Origin: Anaerolineaceae bacterium | Lineage (GTDB): Bacteria > Chloroflexota > Anaerolineae > Anaerolineales > Anaerolineaceae | Assembly (NCBI GenBank): GCA_034926255.1 | Contig: JAYFRD010000032.1 | Span: 25,565 to 49,564 of the forward strand | Length of the DNA: 24,000 nucleotides | Direction: 5' to 3' | Shown here: one piece after another, positions 1 through 6,902 of the stretch | How positions within the stretch are numbered: position 1 is the stretch's first letter | Layout: each line of letters begins with the position of its first letter | Program-made: the position numbers and the translations under genes | The notes under the pieces: generated by a model | What the model was told of the DNA's origin: nothing | Databases searched by the model: none | What the model saw: only the letters and a program-made list of their open reading frames with translations

Positions 1-1359
1 CAGGTGATGGAATTTGTGCGCTACATCTGCATGCAGACCAGCGTTGAAAGGGCTGAAAAATTTGGTGCATTCCCCGCCATCAAGGGTTCCATTTACGACC
101 AGGAGCATCTAAAGTGGACGGCACCCACACCATTAGAACCCTATAGCCGCAATTGGCAGCGCCCTGAAGTAAATTGGACATCCATTGAAGAAGGCATCCG
201 CAAGCATGGGATTCGCAATGCGGCCCAGACCACCATTGCCCCCACCGGCACTATCGGCACCGTAGCTGGCTGCGAGGGCTATGGCTGTGAGCCCGTTTTT
301 GCCCTGGCTTACATCCGCCATGTCAATGACAAGGGCAAAGACCTGGAACTCAATTATGTAAGCCCTGCCTTCCAGAATGCGCTGGATGGCACGGATTTGG
401 CTGAAGAAAGCAAAGAAGACATCATCCAGCGGGTTATCAACCAAGGAACATGCCAGGGCATCATGGAGCTTCCGGCGCCCATGCGCAACGTTTTTGTGGT
501 TTCAGCAGATATCAGCGCAGAGGAACATATCCAGATTCAGGCGGCCTTGCAGCGTTTTGTTGATAACAGCCTGAGCAAAACCATCAACTTCCCTGCCGGA
601 ACCAATGAAGAAGACGTAGCCAAAGCCTTTATGATGGCCTGGAAGCTGGGCTGCAAGGGTATTACGGTTTATATTACCGGATCTCGCGAATCGGTGGTTT
701 TGGAAACAAATGCAACCAAGCAAAATAAAGAAACGCCCGCGGCCGCAGAGGCTGGCCCGGAAGCAATCAAGATTTATGGTGAGGATGAAAGCACTCCGCG
801 CTTCTGGAAGGATTCAAAAAAGCCGCGGCCACGCATCTTGCACGGTTACACCTATTCCATTGAAACCCCGCTGGGGAAAGCATTCATCACCATCAATGAA
901 AACGGCGGCAGCCAGCCCTTTGAAGTGTTTATCAATACTGCCAAGGCCGGTTCTGAGACTGCAGCTCACAGCGAAGCCATGGGCCGGCTTATTTCGTACA
1001 ACTTGCGCATCGCTTCGCCTATTGAGCCAAGGCAGCGCCTGAAAATTCTGATGGAGCAACTGGCCGGCATCGGCGGGGGGCGCTCGCTCGGGTTCGGCCC
1101 GAACCGCGTACGCTCATTGCCGGATGGAATTGCCAAAGCATTGGATGAGTATCTCTACCAGCAGCATTGGGAAAAAGAAGCCCCAGACAAAGACAGCTTT
1201 ACAGCCGCAGCAGAAGCCCCGCAAGGCCAGATTCCCCTGATTGCGGAAGCGCCCAAAAGCCACCCCATCGGTGAGCTTTGCCCGGAATGCGGCCAGGCCA
1301 CCCTGATCAATGAAGAAGGCTGCCGCAAATGTTATACCTGCGGGCACAGCGAATGCTAA
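1..1359 (+). CDS. nrdJ: Class II (adenosylcobalamin-dependent) ribonucleotide reductase, C-terminal ~450 aa; the 5' end lies outside the window
   Basis: The frame is open from base 1. Blocks TTIAPTGTIGTVAGCEGYGCEPVFALAY, SKTINFP and CKGITVY are typical of NrdJ-type RNRs. The C-terminus has a CPECG...CRKCYTCG zinc-ribbon. Stop is at 1357-1359, followed by a terminator hairpin. Confidence 0.85.
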   Translation, partial: QVMEFVRYICMQTSVERAEKFGAFPAIKGSIYDQEHLKWTAPTPLEPYSRNWQRPEVNWTSIEEGIRKHGIRNAAQTTIAPTGTIGTVAGCEGYGCEPVFALAYIRHVNDKGKDLELNYVSPAFQNALDGTDLAEESKEDIIQRVINQGTCQGIMELPAPMRNVFVVSADISAEEHIQIQAALQRFVDNSLSKTINFPAGTNEEDVAKAFMMAWKLGCKGITVYITGSRESVVLETNATKQNKETPAAAEAGPEAIKIYGEDESTPRFWKDSKKPRPRILHGYTYSIETPLGKAFITINENGGSQPFEVFINTAKAGSETAAHSEAMGRLISYNLRIASPIEPRQRLKILMEQLAGIGGGRSLGFGPNRVRSLPDGIAKALDEYLYQQHWEKEAPDKDSFTAAAEAPQGQIPLIAEAPKSHPIGELCPECGQATLINEEGCRKCYTCGHSEC

Positions 1360-1378
1360 TTCTTTTTTGTGCAACAAG

Positions 1379-1409
1379 AGCAGCCTGGCTTATGCCGGGC
1401 TGCTTTTTT
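1379..1409 (+). terminator. Intrinsic terminator after nrdJ
   Basis: An 11-bp stem pairs 1379-1389 (agcagcctggc) with 1394-1404 (gccgggctgct), including one G.U. The loop is ttat and a T run follows through 1409. Confidence 0.65.
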
Positions 1410-1455
1410 GCTTACGTTTAACGCGGTTGGATGTAGACCCAGCTGTGTTTGCGTT

Positions 1456-1484
1456 TTGACAGCTATTTCATGCGTTATTGGAAT
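1456..1484 (+). promoter_or_regulatory. Candidate sigma70-type promoter for the ABC-F leader
   Basis: TTGACA at 1456-1461, a 17-nt spacer, then TGGAAT at 1479-1484. The -35 is perfect and the -10 is weak. Confidence 0.3.
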
Positions 1485-1585
1485 GCCATATTTTTCGCTG
1501 CGCTCAATATGACGAGATGTAAGGAGGGAACGCCGCAAAGCATGATGCCCGGAATGTGCACATTAGAACGTGCCCAGTAAAACCA

Positions 1586-1621
1586 AGGTTTATATTGAGG
1601 TTTATATTGAGGTTTATATTT
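1586..1621. repeat. Tandem direct repeat, 3 x 12 bp (AGGTTTATATTG)
   Basis: Units lie at 1586-1597, 1598-1609 and 1610-1621. The first two are identical and the third differs only at its last base (T for G). Confidence 0.95.
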
Positions 1622-1672
1622 ATGCTGCATCCATATTCAGCATTATTTATGCCAAAATCCTGATACCAACAC

Positions 1673-1689
1673 AGGAGAAACCCATGTAA
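1673..1689 (+). promoter_or_regulatory. Shine-Dalgarno plus minimal start-stop ORF (ATG-TAA) in the ABC-F leader
   Basis: AGGAG at 1673-1677, a 6-nt spacer, ATG at 1684-1686, immediately followed by TAA at 1687-1689. Confidence 0.35.
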
Positions 1690-1854
1690 CTTTCTTTGCC
1701 CAAGCATGATCGCACCAGACAGACCCCGCAAAAGCGGATTGTTTGTGTTTTCACGGCAAGAAAGCCCGCCCCTTCTTTACTTCTCTCAAACTTGCAGAAT
1801 ACTCACAAAGGTTGCCACAGCTTTCTTGCAAGCTTTTTTATTCTGGAGAAGAAA

Positions 1855-3336
1855 ATGACCCTTATACAAGTTAGCAAGCTCAGTTTTGCGTATGACAAAA
1901 GCTATGAAAACGTGTTTGAAGACGTTAGTTTTCAGATGGACAGCGAGTGGAAGCTGGGCTTTATTGGGCGCAATGGCAGGGGCAAAACCACATTTCTGAA
2001 GCTGCTGCTGGGCCTTTATGCTTATAAGGGCGAAATAAGCAGCCGCAGCAAGTTTGAATATTTTCCATTTGAGGTGACAAACCCCAGAGAAAATACCAGA
2101 GATGTGCTGGCTAAACTGGCGCCAGAGGCGGCTCCATGGCAAATTGAAAAAGAAATCTCGTTGCTCCAGGTGAAGCCTGACGCGCTTGAGAGGCCGTTTT
2201 GCTCACTTTCTAACGGCGAGCAAAGCAAGGCCCTACTGGCAAGCCTTTTCTTGAGAAACAACCGATTTTTGCTTATCGACGAGCCGACAAATCACCTTGA
2301 CGGGGAAGGCAGGTTAGCACTCAGCCAATATCTGAAGAGCAAAAAGGGCTTCATTCTTGTTTCGCATGACCGCAGTGTACTGGATGCCTGTGCAGACCAT
2401 ATTCTCTCTATTAATAAGTGCAACATTGAAATCCAGAAGGGCAATTTTTCAAGCTGGCTGCAGAACAAGATGCAGCAGGATCAGTTTGAACTTGCCGCTG
2501 ACGAACGATTGCGCAAAGAAATAAAGCGGCTAAAGATTGCCAGCCGGCGCAATGCGAACTGGTCTGACAGTGTTGAAAAAACAAAGAGCAAACGCTATAA
2601 CGCTTCGGAAGGAATGCTGGACAAGGGTTACATTGGGCATAAAGCGGCCAAGCTGATGAGCCGTTCCAAAGCCATTGAGAGCCGCCAGAAAAGCATGCTG
2701 CATGAAAAAGAAGCCCTGCTTAAAAACGTGGAGGACGAGGAGACCCTTAAGCTTTTTCCGCTTGCGTTTCACAGTAAGCTGCTTGTTGAACTTGATGACA
2801 TAAACATCCGATACGGAGAAAAAAGTGCCTGCCAGAACATCACGCTTCGCGTTGAAGCCGGCGATCGCATTGCACTGAACGGACAAAACGGCAGCGGCAA
2901 GTCATCGCTGTTCAAACTCATCATGGGTGAGGCAATAGATTATTCAGGCAAACTTTACCGCAACCAGCAGCTGATTGTTTCCTACGTTCCACAAAACACA
3001 GCGGGTATGTTCGGCAGCTTGAATACCTATATGGAGACGTACGCGCTGAACGAAAAACAATTCAGGATTGTGCTAAGCCAGCTTGAAATTCCCTATAGCC
3101 AGTTTGACCTGCCTATCGAAAAATTCAGCATGGGGCAGAAGAAAAAAATTGCGCTCGCACGCAGTATGTGCGAAGAAGCACACCTCTACCTTTGGGATGA
3201 ACCGTTAAACTACATTGATGTCATCTCACGGATGCAAATTGAAGAAATGCTGCTGAAATTTAAACCCAGCCTTATTTTTGCAGAACATGACCGCAGCTTC
3301 TGCGAAGCCATTGCCACTCTGAAGGTAGCGCTTTGA
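1855..3336 (+). CDS. ABC-F family ATPase, Lsa-like (ARE-type ribosomal protection protein candidate)
   Basis: Two ABC cassettes with no TM segments. Walker A: GRNGRGKTT and GQNGSGKSS. Signature: LSNGEQ and FSMGQKK. Walker B: LLIDEPTNHLD and LYLWDEPLNYID. A charged ~80-aa linker separates them. From memory, the protein is collinear with Lsa(A) from the N-terminus (LSFAYD...WKLG.IGRNGRGKTT). I moved the start from the ORF-track TTG at 1696 to ATG 1855, which is preceded by GGAGAA at 1845-1850. Confidence 0.85.
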   Translation: MTLIQVSKLSFAYDKSYENVFEDVSFQMDSEWKLGFIGRNGRGKTTFLKLLLGLYAYKGEISSRSKFEYFPFEVTNPRENTRDVLAKLAPEAAPWQIEKEISLLQVKPDALERPFCSLSNGEQSKALLASLFLRNNRFLLIDEPTNHLDGEGRLALSQYLKSKKGFILVSHDRSVLDACADHILSINKCNIEIQKGNFSSWLQNKMQQDQFELAADERLRKEIKRLKIASRRNANWSDSVEKTKSKRYNASEGMLDKGYIGHKAAKLMSRSKAIESRQKSMLHEKEALLKNVEDEETLKLFPLAFHSKLLVELDDINIRYGEKSACQNITLRVEAGDRIALNGQNGSGKSSLFKLIMGEAIDYSGKLYRNQQLIVSYVPQNTAGMFGSLNTYMETYALNEKQFRIVLSQLEIPYSQFDLPIEKFSMGQKKKIALARSMCEEAHLYLWDEPLNYIDVISRMQIEEMLLKFKPSLIFAEHDRSFCEAIATLKVAL

Positions 3337-3480
3337 CAATGGTCCAAACGTTCCCACCTATATTGGTTATTTCAAAAACACATGTGATGAACAGGTTGTT
3401 TATGATACGCTTGAAGGCATTCAGCATGATATGGAAAAGACTAATGCGAGAGCATTGAAATAAAAAATATAATTGTTTTC

Positions 3481-3529
3481 TAAAACATCATGGCAGGAAG
3501 ATGAAAAATTTTCCTGCCATGATGTTTTA
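3481..3529. terminator. Long perfect hairpin, probably a bidirectional terminator downstream of the ABC-F gene
   Basis: 3481-3499 (taaaacatcatggcaggaa) is the exact reverse complement of 3511-3529, giving 19 bp. Three more pairs extend it to a gaaaa loop. Both arms end in A/T runs, so each strand reads as stem plus a short U tract. Confidence 0.6.
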
Positions 3530-3678
3530 AAGAGTTTCAAGGATAGAATTAAAATAATAAACGGATTAAGGATCACGAAGAATACAGGATGTCGTTTTTG
3601 TCATATTGGAGAAGAAAACGACAGCTTGCAATAAAGTTAATTCGTTTTGGCAGACTGACTAACTATTAAGGGAAAAAC

Positions 3679-4323
3679 ATGTCCACTTCAAAAAAACTCG
3701 TCTTACTTGCGGGCAATATTGGCTCAGGCAAAACCTCTCTGACAAGATTATTGGGGCAAAAACTGGGCTGGAAAACGGCTTTTGAGTCTGTGAGTGATAA
3801 CCCTTACCTCCCCGCGTTTTATAGGGACATGAAAACCTGGTCTTTTCACCTTCAGGTTTATTTTTTGGGCAGCCGAGCTGAGCAGCATTGTAAACTTGCG
3901 GCCTGCCCTGAACCCGCTATTATTGACCGGAGTATTTATGAAGATGCCTTTATTTTTGCAAGGGCGCTTAATGCCATGGGCAACCTTAACCAGACAGATT
4001 ACGAAACATATTTAAATCTCTACCAATTGGTGATCGATGGACTGCCCAAACCTGACCTGCTCATCTACCTGAAAGCACCGGTTTCTGAACTGATGCAGAG
4101 AATTCAAATAAGGGCCCGTGCAATAGAGAGCGGAATTTCCCAAGAATATCTTGAGCTGCTCAACCGTTATTATGAAGAATGGACCGATCAGTTTGATATT
4201 TGCCCAATGCTGAGCATTGAATCAGGAGATTTGGACTTTGTTCATCAGCCCAAGCATCTGGATATTGTGATCAAAAAGATTCTTGAGCGCCTGATGGGCA
4301 AAGAAGAATTACACCTGCCTTAA
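3679..4323 (+). CDS. Deoxynucleoside kinase (dAK/dCK/dGK family)
   Basis: P-loop GNIGSGKTS, plus the DRSIYED and YLKAP..L..RI..R blocks characteristic of the dNK family. Length is 214 aa. Confidence 0.8.
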   Translation: MSTSKKLVLLAGNIGSGKTSLTRLLGQKLGWKTAFESVSDNPYLPAFYRDMKTWSFHLQVYFLGSRAEQHCKLAACPEPAIIDRSIYEDAFIFARALNAMGNLNQTDYETYLNLYQLVIDGLPKPDLLIYLKAPVSELMQRIQIRARAIESGISQEYLELLNRYYEEWTDQFDICPMLSIESGDLDFVHQPKHLDIVIKKILERLMGKEELHLP

Positions 4324-5382
4324 TCAGTGTTTTTTGTAATGGAGGGCCGGCAAGCCCCGCAAACGCGCAGCCGCTTGTTCAGGGGTGATATCGCGCTGGG
4401 GCATGGCCATCATTTCATAACCCACCATAAACTTGCGAACTGCAGCAGAGCGCAGCAAAGGCGGGTAAAAGTGGAGGTGCAGCTGCCACTCGGGATGGGG
4501 CTGGCCATCAAAAGGCTGCTGGTGAATACCCATGGAATAAGGGAAGGAAATTTCAAAAAGATTATCGTATCGGCTGGTGGTTTGCTGGTAAATATCCGCC
4601 AAATCCTTTATCTGATTATCATCCAAATCCAAAAGGGAAGAAGCCGGGAACTTCGGCAATATCATCGTTTCAAAAGGCCAGACTGCCCAAAAAGGTACCA
4701 GGCTAACGAAGCTCGCGTTTTCGCAGACCAGCCTTTGCGCCTCTTTAAGCTCAGCCTTCAGATAATCTTGCAGCATACGGGTATGGTTAGCTTTAAGATA
4801 AGACTGCTGGCTTGCCAACTCTTTTGCGGATTCATTTGGCAGAATATTGGTTGCCCAAAGCTGGCTGTGGGGGTGAGGATTGGAACATCCCATCATTGCC
4901 CCCTTATTTTCAAAAACCTGTACATAAGTGATGTCTTTACGGTTTGAAAGCTCAAGGGTCTGAGCGCGCCAGGTTCGGATTACCTCAGCAGCCTGTTCGG
5001 GGAGCAGCTCAGGAAAGCTTAGATGGTGGCTGGGTGAAAAACAAACCACCCTACAAACCCCCGTAACGGGTTCTGCTTGGTAAAATGCGTGCAAAAGGGG
5101 GGTAATACCTTCAGCCACCGCTGGATTGCTTAAGGCCTGAAAATCATTATCAAAGACGTAGGTGCCCTGATACTGCGGGTTTGCCGCACCAGCTACACGA
5201 GTGTTGCCCGGGCAAAGGTAACAGGCAGGGTCGTAATCCGGAAGAGAGTGTGGCGTTTCTTTTTCCACCTGCCCCAGCCAAGGCCGTTTAGCACGATGCG
5301 GAGAAACCAAGACCCAGTCACCCGTGAGAATATTTTTCCGCTTGTGTGCAATTTCATGAATGAATTCCGGTGCTGCTTGCAT
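4324..5382 (-). CDS. galT: Galactose-1-phosphate uridylyltransferase (class I, HIT superfamily)
   Basis: Nearly collinear with E. coli GalT: VSPHRAKRPW, zinc site CYLCPGN, active site CSNPHPHSQLWA, and FYPPLLRSAAVRKFMVGYE. Confidence 0.92.
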   Translation of the reverse strand: MQAAPEFIHEIAHKRKNILTGDWVLVSPHRAKRPWLGQVEKETPHSLPDYDPACYLCPGNTRVAGAANPQYQGTYVFDNDFQALSNPAVAEGITPLLHAFYQAEPVTGVCRVVCFSPSHHLSFPELLPEQAAEVIRTWRAQTLELSNRKDITYVQVFENKGAMMGCSNPHPHSQLWATNILPNESAKELASQQSYLKANHTRMLQDYLKAELKEAQRLVCENASFVSLVPFWAVWPFETMILPKFPASSLLDLDDNQIKDLADIYQQTTSRYDNLFEISFPYSMGIHQQPFDGQPHPEWQLHLHFYPPLLRSAAVRKFMVGYEMMAMPQRDITPEQAAARLRGLPALHYKKH

Positions 5383-5450
5383 GACTCTGTCTGCCTTTCT
5401 ATCATTTTCTTAAGGGCTTAAATCAGTTTAATTTTTAGCTATTTTCGTCC

Positions 5451-5478
5451 TTGACAATAAGCAAAAATCTGACATAAT
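5451..5478 (+). promoter_or_regulatory. Near-consensus extended -10 promoter on the plus strand
   Basis: TTGACA at 5451-5456, a 16-nt spacer, TG at 5470-5471, then CATAAT at 5473-5478. Confidence 0.4.
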
Positions 5479-5484
5479 GAAATG

Positions 5485-5530
5485 GTTCGCCTGTTGGGTG
5501 CCCCCCTCACCCAGCCGGCGAACACTTTTT
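5485..5530 (+). terminator. Strong intrinsic terminator hairpin. The T run is on the plus strand; it may also stop obg transcription on the minus strand.
   Basis: 5485-5491 pairs with 5517-5523 (7 bp). After one mismatch, 5493-5500 pairs with 5508-5515 (8 bp, including one G.U on the plus strand). The loop is CCCCCCT and TTTTT follows at 5526-5530. Confidence 0.65.
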
Positions 5531-5535
5531 AATTC

Positions 5536-6801
5536 TCAATCCTGCCAGACAAGTTCCCACTCACCTACATGTACAGTTTCTCCCTCCTGGATACCCGCTT
5601 TTCTGAGCGCTTTTTCAATACCCAGGCCTGCCATAATCTTTTGGAAGCGGCGCACAGAGCCCGGTTGTTCCCAGATGGTCATATTGGCTGCACGTTCAAT
5701 AAACTTGCCACTGACGTACCAATCCTCTTCGCCTTCTTCATGCTCAATTTGGAAGGCTTTTGGGTCTTCTGTGGCCTTGTAAACAGGCATAAGCTCTTCT
5801 TCCGGCAGAATGGGGTTTTCAAGCAAGGTTTTCCAGATTTTCCAAACCAGATCCTGCAGACCGCTATGGCTGACGGCAGAAACCGGCAGCAAAACAACCT
5901 TTTGGCGGGCCAATTTGCGCTTTAGGGCAGGGAATTTTTCTTCCACTTCAGGAAGATCCATTTTATTAAGGAGGACAATTTGCGGCAAATTAGCCAGGCG
6001 TTCATCAAAAAGCGCTAGTTCAGTGTTAATGGTGTTAAAGTCTTGAAAAGGGTCTTCAGACCAACCATCCAATACGTGCACCAGTAAGCGGGTACGCTGC
6101 AAATGTTTCAGGAATTCAAAGCCAAGGCCAACCCCTTCTGCTGCGCCATCAATTAGGCCTGGGATATCCGCCATCACAAAACTGTTATCATCATCTACCC
6201 TGACCACACCCAAAGCCGGTTCAAGCGTGGTAAAAGGGTAAGCCGCAATTTTGGGCTTTGCATTGCTGAGGGCGGCCAGCAATGAGGATTTGCCAGCATT
6301 GGGCAAACCGACCAAACCAACATCAGCTATGAGCTTCAGCTCCAGCCGCAGGGTAAATTCTTCACCGGGTTCCCCTTTTTCACCCGTGTAGGGCAATTGG
6401 TTGCGGGAGGTGGCAAAATGCTGATTGCCTCGCCCTCCTCTTCCGCCTTTTGCTACGCGCAATTCCTGCCCCGGTGAGGTTAAGTCGCCAAGCAAACCGG
6501 CATCTTCTTCATTGTAGATCATGGTTCCTGGTGGAACTTCGATCATCAAATCATCAGCAGACCTACCAGACATATTATTGGCCCCGCCGGGCCGCCCATC
6601 CTGGGCGATGAATTTTTCATTGAAGTGAAAGCGGTTGAGCGTGTTCAAGGTGGGCACAACCTTAAAAATCACACTGCCGCCCTTGCCACCATCACCACCA
6701 TCGGGGCCGCCTCTTGGCCGGTATTTTTCACGATGCATATGCACCATGCCATCCCCACCTTTACCAGAGCGCACATAAATAACAACTGAATCAACAAACA
6801 T
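5536..6801 (-). CDS. obg: GTPase Obg/CgtA
   Basis: Glycine-rich Obg fold at the N-terminus (MFVDSV...GKGGDG...GGPDGGDGGKGG). G1 is GLPNAGKSS, G3 is DIPGLI and G4 is NKMD. A C-terminal OCT-like domain is present. Confidence 0.93.
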   Translation of the reverse strand: MFVDSVVIYVRSGKGGDGMVHMHREKYRPRGGPDGGDGGKGGSVIFKVVPTLNTLNRFHFNEKFIAQDGRPGGANNMSGRSADDLMIEVPPGTMIYNEEDAGLLGDLTSPGQELRVAKGGRGGRGNQHFATSRNQLPYTGEKGEPGEEFTLRLELKLIADVGLVGLPNAGKSSLLAALSNAKPKIAAYPFTTLEPALGVVRVDDDNSFVMADIPGLIDGAAEGVGLGFEFLKHLQRTRLLVHVLDGWSEDPFQDFNTINTELALFDERLANLPQIVLLNKMDLPEVEEKFPALKRKLARQKVVLLPVSAVSHSGLQDLVWKIWKTLLENPILPEEELMPVYKATEDPKAFQIEHEEGEEDWYVSGKFIERAANMTIWEQPGSVRRFQKIMAGLGIEKALRKAGIQEGETVHVGEWELVWQD

Positions 6802-6854
6802 TTTTACCTCACTGAAATAAAAAGTTTATCATGAAACAGAGAGTGATTTTAAGC

Positions 6855-6883
6855 AAACAGGGCAGCGTTAAGCTGCCCTGTTT
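6855..6883 (-). terminator. Hairpin terminator after the COG2403-like gene
   Basis: A 12-bp perfect stem pairs 6855-6866 (aaacagggcagc) with 6872-6883 (gctgccctgttt), with loop gttaa. On the minus strand the stem end reads UUUGCUU. Confidence 0.5.
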
Positions 6884-6902
6884 ATGGGTTTTCCAAAGCA
6901 AT

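Noticed and set aside
1356-1538. 60-aa minus-strand ORF overlapping the nrdJ stop and terminator
   Set aside because: It runs through the terminator hairpin, has no SD and shows no recognisable similarity.
1504-1731. 75-aa minus-strand ORF containing NINLNINLNINL
   Set aside because: The periodic peptide is just the translation of the 12-bp tandem repeat. The ORF has no RBS and lies in a leader or intergenic region.
1696-1854. 53-aa N-terminal extension of the ABC-F ORF starting at TTG 1696
   Set aside because: There is no SD. The extension is not part of the conserved Lsa-like N-terminus, which starts at MTLIQVSKLSFAYD. ATG 1855 has a GGAGAA SD.
1706-1858. 50-codon ORF (MIAPDRPRKSG...) whose TGA overlaps the ABC-F ATG as ATGA
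   Set aside because: There is no SD upstream of its ATG and the composition is unremarkable. I noted it as a possible coupling uORF, but it is unsupported and I did not call it.
4327-4947. 206-aa plus-strand ORF antisense to galT. Similar antisense ORFs lie at 8550-8999, 9189-9719, 12724-13146, 20199-20684 and 21239-21724.
   Set aside because: These are shadow ORFs opposite confidently identified genes. None has a motif or an RBS.
5477-5782. 101-aa plus-strand ORF starting inside the putative -10 box and running antisense into obg
   Set aside because: The start codon lies within the promoter element and upstream of a terminator hairpin. The S/P/C-rich composition is typical of antisense translation.
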